This document shows, piece by piece, positions 9,802 through 17,990 of a DNA stretch of 64,000 bases. A program made the position numbers and the translations under genes. The notes beneath the pieces are model-generated. The model searched no databases. It worked only from the letters and a program-made list of their open reading frames with translations, and was not told the DNA's origin. Source of the DNA: Candidatus Sumerlaeia bacterium (GTDB lineage Bacteria; Sumerlaeota; Sumerlaeia; SLMS01; JANRJK01); contig JANRJK010000046.1 of NCBI GenBank assembly GCA_033764015.1, positions 96,001-160,000 of the forward strand, given 5' to 3'. The stretch's first letter is position 1. Each line of letters starts with the position of its first letter.

Positions 9802-10428
9802 ATGCCAGTCCATATCGTGAACCACCCGCTCATCACCCACAAGATCTCCGTGATCCGCGACAAGCGCCTCGGCACGCGCGACTTCCGCACCATCGTCTCC
9901 GAGATCACGCTGCTCCTCACCTACGAGGCCACGCGCGACTTCCCCCTCAAGGAGGTCGAAATCGAGACGCCGGTCTGCACCACGCGCGCCCGGGTGCTCC
10001 CCGACGAGGGACGCGTGTTCCTGATCCCGATCCTGCGCGCCGGCCTCGGCATGGTGCCCGGCATGCTCGACATCTTCCCGCTCGGCAAGGTCGCCCACAT
10101 CGGCCTGCGGCGGAACGAGCGGACCGCGCTCCCCGAGACGTACTACTACAACCTCCCGGAGGGCATCGAAGGCGCCACCGCCATCATCGTCGACCCGATG
10201 CTCGCCACCGCAGGCAGCCTCAGCGCCGCCATCTCGCTCGTGAAGAAGAACCGCCCCCGCGTGATCCGCGCCATCTGCCTGATCGCCGCCCCCGAGGGCC
10301 GCGAGCGCATCGAGCGCGACCACCCCGACGTCGACGTCTACGTCGCCGCCATGGACGAGCGCCTCGACGAGCGCAAGTACATCGTCCCCGGCCTCGGCGA
10401 CGCCGGCGACCGCATGTTCGGCACCTGA
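9802..10428 (+). CDS. upp: Uracil phosphoribosyltransferase
   Basis: HPLIxHK, PILRAGLGM, DPMLATAGS, YIVPGLGDAGDRMFGT. Confidence 0.98.
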   Translation: MPVHIVNHPLITHKISVIRDKRLGTRDFRTIVSEITLLLTYEATRDFPLKEVEIETPVCTTRARVLPDEGRVFLIPILRAGLGMVPGMLDIFPLGKVAHIGLRRNERTALPETYYYNLPEGIEGATAIIVDPMLATAGSLSAAISLVKKNRPRVIRAICLIAAPEGRERIERDHPDVDVYVAAMDERLDERKYIVPGLGDAGDRMFGT

Positions 10429-10442
10429 TCGCCGCGCGCACC

Positions 10443-11255
10443 TTGGCGGACACACCGTCCACACCGGCGCCCGGACACGCCGCGTCGCTCAGCGCGCGCG
10501 GCGTCCGCCTCGCCTTCCCCAACGGCACGCTCGCGCTCGACGCCCTCCACATCGACGTGGCCCCGCACGAGTTCGTCGCCGTCGTCGGCCCCTCCGGCTG
10601 CGGCAAGAGCACCTTCCTGCGCCTCGCCGCGGGCCTCCTCGAACCCACCGCCGGCGAAATCCTCGTCTCCGGCGAGCCGCCGCGCCGCGCGCGAGAAACC
10701 AAGCGCGACATCGCCTTCGTCTTCCAGTCCCCCACGCTGCTCCCCTGGCGCACCGTCGAGCAGAACGTCCGCCTCCCGCTCGAGCTGGGCCCGCGGCGCC
10801 GCGGAGCCGCCGCGGAATCCGTCGCCGACACCCTCGCGCTGGTGGGCCTCGCGGACTTCGCCGGCGCGTACCCGCGCGAGCTGAGCGGCGGCATGAAGAT
10901 GCGCGCCTCGCTCGCCCGCGCGCTCGCCACGCGCCCCGACCTCATGCTCCTCGACGAGCCCTTCGCCGCGCTGGACGACCTCACCCGGCTCCAGCTCCAG
11001 GAGGACCTGCTGCGACTGCGCGCGCGCGACCGCTGGACCGCGGCGCTCGTGACGCACAACGTTTCGGAGGCCGTCTTCCTCGCGGACCGCGTGCTGGTGA
11101 TGTCCGGGCGCCCCGGGCGCGTGGCCGCGGAGCTGCCGGTGCCCTTCGCGCACCCGCGCGGCGCGGAGCTGCGCGCCGACGGCGCCTTCGCGCGGCTGGC
11201 GGGCGACGTCTCGCGGGCGTTGCGCGAGGCGACCAATAAAAAACTTGATGAATAA
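10443..11255 (+). CDS. ABC transporter ATP-binding protein, NitT/TauT (TauB/SsuB-like)
   Basis: GPSGCGKST, VFQSPTLLPWRTV, LSGGMKMR, LDEPFAALD, VTHNVSEAVFLADR, PGRV. Confidence 0.88.
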   Translation: MADTPSTPAPGHAASLSARGVRLAFPNGTLALDALHIDVAPHEFVAVVGPSGCGKSTFLRLAAGLLEPTAGEILVSGEPPRRARETKRDIAFVFQSPTLLPWRTVEQNVRLPLELGPRRRGAAAESVADTLALVGLADFAGAYPRELSGGMKMRASLARALATRPDLMLLDEPFAALDDLTRLQLQEDLLRLRARDRWTAALVTHNVSEAVFLADRVLVMSGRPGRVAAELPVPFAHPRGAELRADGAFARLAGDVSRALREATNKKLDE

Positions 11256-11528
11256 TTCTGCCTTGACGGTGGGAGCGGGTAGATTCATACCTTTCATGTT
11301 CCTCCGGGATGGCAGCGCGCCGCCGGAGGACGGATCGGCGGCAGCCCCCGCGGCACCCTCTCCCGACCCCCGTGGCGATAAAAAATGTCCGAGAAATTCG
11401 GCGCCCCGGAAGGCCGACTTGGCGATGGAAGTTCCCGGTGGGAAGAAAAATTCCGCTTCCCCCTTGACTAGGGCGGGCCGTCCTGCTCCGATCCGGCGTT
11501 ACATCCCCTCTCTACGGAGATCGAGCTG

Positions 11529-12218
11529 ATGATTCAGCGCAACCCCATCGCGAAGACCCACGGCTTCACGCTCATCGAGCTGCTGATCGTCGTGGCCATC
11601 ATCGCCATCCTGGCGGCCATCGCCGTCCCGAACTTCCTCGCGGCCCAGACCCGCTCGAAGGTGAGCCGCGTGCTCTCCGACCTGCGCACGCTCCGCACCG
11701 CCGTCGAGTCGTACGCCGTCGACAACAACGTCGTCCCCCGCATGACCTGGGGCTGCCGCTGGGTGCAGGACCAGTCGTCGACTGGCTCGCAGCTCTTCGG
11801 CACCCTCCCGAACGACATCACGTCGCCGATCCAGTACATCAGCTCGCAGCCCTTCGACCCGTTCGCCGCGAACACCAGCGCCAGCGAAGACGCCAAGGTG
11901 TACACCTACCAGGCGCCGGACACCCACCTGTTCCTGTTCAACTCCGGCGGCGCCTGCCCGGTTCCCGGCATGGCGGGTTACGTCTATCTGCCCGGCAACG
12001 CCAGCCAGGTGCGCAACATGCGCGCGGACTTCGGCAAGTACGCCCTTTGGTCCATCGGCCCCGCGGGCCCGGACCAGTTCGACTCGGTCGCCAGCGGCGG
12101 CCTCGACACCCCCTTCTGGATGCAGTACGATCCGACCAACGGCACGGTCAGCGGCGGCGCGATCTTCGTGACCCAGAAGACCAGCCAGCCCGAGTATTTC
12201 AACCCGACCCGCTACTAA
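11529..12218 (+). CDS. Prepilin-type N-terminal cleavage/methylation protein (GspG-like), YDPTNGT family
   Basis: G/FTLIELLIVVAIIAILAAIAVPNF with E5; SPIQYI...DPF; SIGP.GPD; C-terminal YDPTNGTVSGGAI; SD GGAG. Confidence 0.9.
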   Translation: MIQRNPIAKTHGFTLIELLIVVAIIAILAAIAVPNFLAAQTRSKVSRVLSDLRTLRTAVESYAVDNNVVPRMTWGCRWVQDQSSTGSQLFGTLPNDITSPIQYISSQPFDPFAANTSASEDAKVYTYQAPDTHLFLFNSGGACPVPGMAGYVYLPGNASQVRNMRADFGKYALWSIGPAGPDQFDSVASGGLDTPFWMQYDPTNGTVSGGAIFVTQKTSQPEYFNPTRY

Positions 12219-12252
12219 CCATCGGGGTGCGCCATCTGGATCTCCGGGTTTG

Positions 12253-12280
12253 TCCGCCCCCGCCAGCGCGCGGGGGCGGA
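12253..12280 (+). terminator. GC hairpin after the pilin gene
   Basis: tccgcccccgc-cagcgc-gcgggggcgga; no clear U-tract. Confidence 0.45.
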
Positions 12281-12296
12281 TGAACGGCAAACCAGC

Positions 12297-12325
12297 TTGA
12301 CAGCAATCGAACCCCGCGCCAACAT
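12297..12325 (+). promoter_or_regulatory. Putative sigma70-type promoter of the large secreted protein
   Basis: TTGACA-17 nt-CAACAT, about 60 nt upstream of the ATG; SD AGGAG. Confidence 0.45.
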
Positions 12326-12382
12326 CCTTTCCACGCCTCTGGCCACCTCCGACAACCCACCCTCCTCCAGGAGATACAGGGA

Positions 12383-15300
12383 ATGAAGATGAAGACCTCT
12401 TTGAGAATCCTCGGCACCGCCGCCTTCGCGGCGTTGCTCGCGGGTGGCGCCTCCGCCGCCAACGACTTCCGCACCGCAGGACAGTACGCAGCCCCTTGGG
12501 CGATGGTGCCGCGCAGCGAGATCGTCAACGAGCGCGCCCTGCTCGATCTCGATCCGGACTGGCAGCCCTATGTCCGCCCGGCCACCGCGGCCCAGCGCGC
12601 CGCCGCGAACCAGAATCTGGTTCTGAATGGCGTGTTCACGGAGAAGGAGCGCCAGCGCCTCCTCAACCTTTCGCGCGGTTCGAACCTCGCGCCGCTTGAT
12701 CGCCTCGACATCACCTTCGTCACCGGCGAGTCCGCCGCGGACCTCGGCATCAGCAACGCGCCGGCGATCCGCACCGCGGCCACCCCGGACGGCCGCTTCG
12801 TCGCGTTCACGTCGCTCGCCACCAACCTCACCGCCGACGACACGAACGGCGCGCCCCAGGTGTACCGCTACGACCGCCAGACCGGCACGGTGATCATGGT
12901 CTCGAAGACCGGCACCGGCGCCGGCGACAACGGCTCCGGCATGGTGACTTTCACAGGCGGCAACCCGCTCACCCATGACATGTGGGCCCTCGGCATCAGC
13001 GACGACGGCACGAAGATCTCCTTCACGTCCGAGGCGACCAACCTTGTCGCCGGCGACACGAACGGCGTCACCGACGTCTTCCTCTGGAACTTCAATGGCG
13101 GCACGCCCACGGTTTCCCGCATGAGCGTGGACGCCGCCGGCGCCGAACTCGTCGGCGCCTCCTACGACGGCGTCGTCTCGGGCGACGGCAACCACATCGC
13201 CTTCTTCTCGCAGGACGCCTTCGGGCGCACGGGCGGCGACCTCCGCGCCGCGAACGCGGTCGACGTCAATGGCGACCCGGTCCAGCCCGCCGCTGGCACC
13301 ACCCTGACCGCGGCGACGGTGTCGCAGGACATCTTCTACCGCACGGTCGCGAGCGCCGCCTCGCTCACGCTCGTCACGCACGCCACGGGCGCGAACAACA
13401 CCGAGGCGAACTCCGACAGCTACCACCTCTCCATCTCCGGTGACGGCTCGAAGCTCGCCTACGTGTCCCGCGCGACGAACCTGACCGCCGACGTCCTCCC
13501 GGCGCCCTTCACAACGACGGGCAGCACGAACCGCTACCCGCGCTCCAACGCCTTCATCTGGGAGCGGTCCAGCAACACCAACTACCTGCTCAGCGTGTCC
13601 AACACCGGCGCCATCCCGGCCGCGACGAGCACCTCGGACGACTGCCTGTTCCCGCACATCACCCGCAACGGCAATTGGGTCGCCTTCCAGACCGGCAAGG
13701 CGCTCACGCCGTCGATCACCGCTACGGGCAGCACGAACGGCGTCCGCGCCGTTGTCCGCAATGTCGCCACGCTCCCGCCGACCGCCGCCGCCATCCGCCG
13801 CGCCAACGTCAACGAGACGTCGACGCTCGGCTTCAGCCTCGGCCGCCTCGACGCGGGCCCGGTGACGGTCTCGGAAGACGGCCGCGTGGTCGCCTTCTGG
13901 TCGTACCACGTGACTGACACCAACTCGAACATCTTCTACGCCAACCCGGTTCCGGTCGTGAAGGTGTTCGACACCACCACCGCCTCGACGTCGACCGCCG
14001 ACCAGTCCGGCCAGATCTACGAGCTCACGGACGACTCCGGCGACTCCTTCTTCGACTTCGACATCCTCTCGTCGCTCACCAAGTTCGGCGACGGCTTCTG
14101 GGACGGCCCGCAGAACCGCATCGAGGTTGGCACTTCCGGCGCCGACACGATCCTCACGTTCATCCACGCCGCCCCCAACTGGACCGGCCCGACGCGCGGC
14201 ATCCAGCAGGTGTACCAGGCCACGATCCCGACCGCCTCGACGACCGGCACGCCGACCGCCGTGGCGCTTGTGTCGGAGCACTCGACCTCCGCACCCACCG
14301 GCGCCGACTCCCTCGGTATCCCAACGGACCCGCACGAGCACTTCGCGGTGAACATCCGCCCGGCCGTTTCGCCGAACGGACGCTACATCGCCTTCCCGAT
14401 GAAGGGCGCCGACGCCATCTTCAACCTTGGCATCTCGAACGACGCTGCTCACGTCCTCGTCGAAGGCGGCGTGTACATCGCGCTCGCCGATCTCCAGACC
14501 AACTCCCTCAGGTTCGTCTCCGTGGACGCCAAGACGGATGACGCGGCCGACTACCAGGTCGGTGGCTCCTCGTTCGGCTTCACCGCCGCCTCGACGGACT
14601 TCTTCACCGACGGCGTGCTCCGCCTCGAGGGCCAGTTCCTTTCGCGCACGGTTTTCCTGGACTCCTGGGCGGTGTCGGTTTCCGACACGGGCCGCGTGGC
14701 GTTCATGACCATCGACGACGTTTACGGCCCCGAAGAGGCGAACACCGACCTTCAGAACGTCGCGGGCAATCGCGCGCTGATGTTCACCGGCCCGAACGGC
14801 GTCGGCGCCTTCGCCGCGCTCAACGCCTCCGGCCAGGTGCACCAGAACGACGGCGGCGGCATCTTCTTCAACGACGCCACTTACATCACGCCCGACGGCC
14901 GCTACATCGGCTTCACCTCGCCCAACAACAACGTTCATCCGCTCTCTTCGCCCTCCGGCGCGGTCCAGACCGCGTACATCTACGACACGGTCACCGGCGT
15001 GACGCGTCTTGTGTCGAACAAGCGCAACACCTCGAACGGCAACGCGGACGGCCTCCCCATCGGCTCGACCATCATGGTCGGCCTTTCGGACACGGGCCAG
15101 CGCGCTCTGTTCGGCTCGCTTGCGGATGTCACCGGCGGCAATGCCGACGACATTCTCAACCCCGGTGGCGACTCCGCGGACATCGGCCAGCTCTACATCT
15201 TCGACGACCTCACCGATGGCGTTCCGAACGACGGCGTCGGCCAGGTTTACCTGGTCTCGTCGACGGCGGCGGGCGTGAAGGCGGCTGACGCCGACGCTCC

Positions 15301-15889
15301 GGCCCCCGACTTCAACCTGACCTTCGCCAACTTCGCGACGCTCACCGGCGACGGCCTCTCGATCCTCCTCGAGGGCGAGGCTGACACCTTCGGCAATACG
15401 GACGAGCAGTTCTGGCTCAAGTCCCTTGCTTCCGGCTCGGTCAACTCCTCCGGCATCCACACCGGCCCGCTCACCATCCTGTCGCTCGACACGGCTGGCG
15501 CTCCGCTCACGAACCCCACCACGGGTTCGAACCTGAACGGCAGCAACGCCAACACGAACGGCACTGTGTTCGCCTTCATCTCGACCGCCGACAACATCTC
15601 GACGGACGACATCGACACCCAGGCTGACGCGTTCCTCGGCCGCACGCCGGTCACCGCCGACTCGTACCAGCTCGCCTCCGCCAGCTCCACCGGCGTCAAG
15701 TCCCCGGCGAACTCCTCGGCTGGCGCGCGCGTGACGACCTTCCTTAACGGCGACGCGTACGTCTACTTCCGCGGCGACGCCGACAACACGTTTGTCGCGA
15801 GCGACAACACGGCGATCGACGACATCTACATCAAGGGCTTCCTCACCGCCCCGCCCTCCGAGGCCGACAGCTGGAACATGTACGAGTAA
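12383..15889 (+). CDS. Large secreted Thr/Asp/Asn-rich protein with TolB/PD40-like beta-propeller repeats and a C-terminal W-x-x-Y motif
   Basis: Sec signal ending ASA; repeats DGRFVAFTSLATNLTADDTNGAPQVY, DGTKISFTSEATNLVAGDTNGVTDVF and DGSKLAYVSRATNL; ends SEADSWNMYE. Confidence 0.85.
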   Translation: MKMKTSLRILGTAAFAALLAGGASAANDFRTAGQYAAPWAMVPRSEIVNERALLDLDPDWQPYVRPATAAQRAAANQNLVLNGVFTEKERQRLLNLSRGSNLAPLDRLDITFVTGESAADLGISNAPAIRTAATPDGRFVAFTSLATNLTADDTNGAPQVYRYDRQTGTVIMVSKTGTGAGDNGSGMVTFTGGNPLTHDMWALGISDDGTKISFTSEATNLVAGDTNGVTDVFLWNFNGGTPTVSRMSVDAAGAELVGASYDGVVSGDGNHIAFFSQDAFGRTGGDLRAANAVDVNGDPVQPAAGTTLTAATVSQDIFYRTVASAASLTLVTHATGANNTEANSDSYHLSISGDGSKLAYVSRATNLTADVLPAPFTTTGSTNRYPRSNAFIWERSSNTNYLLSVSNTGAIPAATSTSDDCLFPHITRNGNWVAFQTGKALTPSITATGSTNGVRAVVRNVATLPPTAAAIRRANVNETSTLGFSLGRLDAGPVTVSEDGRVVAFWSYHVTDTNSNIFYANPVPVVKVFDTTTASTSTADQSGQIYELTDDSGDSFFDFDILSSLTKFGDGFWDGPQNRIEVGTSGADTILTFIHAAPNWTGPTRGIQQVYQATIPTASTTGTPTAVALVSEHSTSAPTGADSLGIPTDPHEHFAVNIRPAVSPNGRYIAFPMKGADAIFNLGISNDAAHVLVEGGVYIALADLQTNSLRFVSVDAKTDDAADYQVGGSSFGFTAASTDFFTDGVLRLEGQFLSRTVFLDSWAVSVSDTGRVAFMTIDDVYGPEEANTDLQNVAGNRALMFTGPNGVGAFAALNASGQVHQNDGGGIFFNDATYITPDGRYIGFTSPNNNVHPLSSPSGAVQTAYIYDTVTGVTRLVSNKRNTSNGNADGLPIGSTIMVGLSDTGQRALFGSLADVTGGNADDILNPGGDSADIGQLYIFDDLTDGVPNDGVGQVYLVSSTAAGVKAADADAPAPDFNLTFANFATLTGDGLSILLEGEADTFGNTDEQFWLKSLASGSVNSSGIHTGPLTILSLDTAGAPLTNPTTGSNLNGSNANTNGTVFAFISTADNISTDDIDTQADAFLGRTPVTADSYQLASASSTGVKSPANSSAGARVTTFLNGDAYVYFRGDADNTFVASDNTAIDDIYIKGFLTAPPSEADSWNMYE

Positions 15890-15927
15890 GCCAACCGGCC
15901 TACCCGCACCACACGCACCGACAGAGC

Positions 15928-15964
15928 GACTCCCCGGCCCGCAAGGGTCGGGGAGTTCTGTTTT
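15928..15964 (+). terminator. Intrinsic terminator
   Basis: gactccccggccc-GCAA-gggtcggggagtt followed by ctgtttt, 39 nt after the stop. Confidence 0.85.
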
Positions 15965-16091
15965 CGGCCCCGCGCTGAAACCCGCGTCCGCGCCCCGACC
16001 CCCGGCGCTGGCACTGGCCGCAGGAACGACAACGCCCCGGCGGGAAGGTTCTCCCGCCGGGGCGCCACCACTTACCGAACCGCGGCGCGGG

Positions 16092-17690
16092 CTATTCCAG
16101 ACCGTACTTCTTCAGCTTCCGGGCCAGCCGCTTGCGGTCGATGCCGAGGATCTTCGCCGCTTCGACGCGCTTGCCCTTCGCGCGGCGCATCGCGTCCTGG
16201 ATCTGGCGCTTCTCGATCTCCTCCAGCGTGAGCGGCCCCTCCGGGATCTTCGGCACGAACGCCTCGGCGAAGAGCTGCGGGGGCGCGGGCGCCGCTTCGG
16301 GCGGAGGGGGCTGCGGCGCGGCGGGGCGGGCCGTCCGCCGCGAAGCGGAAGGCTCCGGCTCGCCGTCCGCGTTGTACGCGAGGCTCTGCGCCGTCGGCAT
16401 CGGGCGCGTCGCGGTCACCGCCGCCATCGCGTCCTCGCGGGAGCGGAAAAGCTGCCGCGGCAGGTCGCGAACACCGATCGTCTCCGCCGTCGACAGCGCG
16501 AAGCAGCGCTCGATCACGTTCTGCAGCTCGCGCACGTTGCCCGGCCAGGGGTAGGCCACCAGCGCGTTCATCGCGTCCGGGTCCACGCTCTTCGGGGCGA
16601 CGTCGTACTCCTTCGCGTAGTAGACGATGAAGTGGTTGATGAGCAGGGGGATGTCCTCCTGCCGCTCGCGCAGCGCCGGCACGTGGATGTTCACCACGTT
16701 CAGGCGGTAGAACAGGTCCTGGCGGAAGGTGGCGTTGCGCACCTCGTACTCGAGGTCGCGGTTCGTCGCGCAGATCAGCCGCACGTTCACCCGGATCGCC
16801 TGCGTGTCGCCGACGGGGATGATCTCGTGCTGCTGGATCGCGCGCAGCAGCTTCACCTGCAGGTGCGGGGACATCTCGGAGATTTCGTCGAGGAAGAGCG
16901 TGCCGCCCTCCGCCGCTTGGAAGAAGCCGATGTGGTCGCCGACGGCGCCCGTGAAGGCGCCGCGCCGGTGGCCGAAGAGCTGCGACTCGAGGAGCGTCTC
17001 CGACAGCGCGCCGCAGTTGACCGCGACGAACGGGTAGCGCGCCAGCGGCCCGCTGTCGTGCACCGCGCGGGCGATCAGCTCCTTGCCCGCGCCGCTCTCG
17101 CCGGTGATCAGCACGTTGCTGCGGTTGCGCGCGACGCTCTGGATCATGCCGTGGATGCCGCGGATCAGGTGCGACTCGCCGATGATCTCGTTCGAGGGCT
17201 CGTAGCGGTTCAGCCGCTCCTTCAACTGGCGGTTCTCGGACTTGAGCCGGCGCATGTCGAGCGTGCGCTCGAGCACCAGGAGGATCTCGTCCGCGTTGCA
17301 CGGCTTGATCAGGTAGTCCGCCGCGCCCGCCTTCATCGCGGCGACCGCGGACTCGATGGAGCCGTGCCCCGTGAGCATGATGACGGGCACCTCGGGGTGC
17401 TCCTCGCGGACCGCGCGCAGCAGCGTGAGGCCGTCCATGCGGGGCATCTGGAGGTCCGTCAGCACCGCGTCGAAGGGGGGCGGCGGATCGTCCGGCTGCG
17501 CGTCCTCGCGGGGCGGCGGCGCGTCCAGGAGCGCCTTCGCCTCCGTGCCGTCGCCCGCGGTGGAGACGTCGAAGCCGGCGCGGCGGAGGATCTTCGCCAG
17601 CATGGTGGTGAGGTTGCGCTCGTCGTCGACAACGAGGATGCGCGCGCCCTCGAAGGGGCGTTCTTTCTCGGGGGTCATCGGCTTCGCCAT
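16092..17690 (-). CDS. Sigma54-dependent response regulator (REC-AAA+-Fis HTH; NtrC/AtoC family)
   Basis: ILVVDDE, TDLQMP, GESGAGKE, LESQLFGHRRGAFTGA, LFLDEI, FRQDLFYRLNV, WPGNVREL, AAKILGIDRKRL; long Pro/Ala linker before the HTH. Confidence 0.95.
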   Translation of the reverse strand: MAKPMTPEKERPFEGARILVVDDERNLTTMLAKILRRAGFDVSTAGDGTEAKALLDAPPPREDAQPDDPPPPFDAVLTDLQMPRMDGLTLLRAVREEHPEVPVIMLTGHGSIESAVAAMKAGAADYLIKPCNADEILLVLERTLDMRRLKSENRQLKERLNRYEPSNEIIGESHLIRGIHGMIQSVARNRSNVLITGESGAGKELIARAVHDSGPLARYPFVAVNCGALSETLLESQLFGHRRGAFTGAVGDHIGFFQAAEGGTLFLDEISEMSPHLQVKLLRAIQQHEIIPVGDTQAIRVNVRLICATNRDLEYEVRNATFRQDLFYRLNVVNIHVPALRERQEDIPLLINHFIVYYAKEYDVAPKSVDPDAMNALVAYPWPGNVRELQNVIERCFALSTAETIGVRDLPRQLFRSREDAMAAVTATRPMPTAQSLAYNADGEPEPSASRRTARPAAPQPPPPEAAPAPPQLFAEAFVPKIPEGPLTLEEIEKRQIQDAMRRAKGKRVEAAKILGIDRKRLARKLKKYGLE

Positions 17691-17990
17691 GTGTTGAGTC
17701 GGGCCATTCCGCCCCATGGGGGCAAGAAGCGAGCCCGGGTGGTCCGTCCCGGGCGGCTGCATCCTGCGACCACCGGCCGGGACCGGAGGCCGGCCGCCCG
17801 TCCCCTCCGACATGCCTCGCGGCCATGCCGCAAACCGGCGGCTCCGCCGCTTCGCGCCACGGCGCCATCTCGCCCTTGTCGCTGTGTCCTTCGCGGTCGT
17901 CCTCTGCTGCTGTTTCCTACTGAACATGATGCCCGCGGCCAACGCGAGCGTCCACACCTACACCCAGTCCTGAGCCCGGAGGCTCCTCCC

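Noticed and set aside
12215..15460. 1081-aa antisense ORF
   Set aside because: Mirror of the codon-biased secreted protein gene; no motifs.
15792..17990. Apparent giant N-terminal extension of the secretin (1224-aa ORF)
   Set aside because: Antisense shadow of the sigma54 regulator; the SD and signal peptide place the start at 17991.
17691..17990. Sigma54 -24/-12 promoter for the secretin
   Set aside because: No convincing TGGCAC-N5-TTGC found on either strand.
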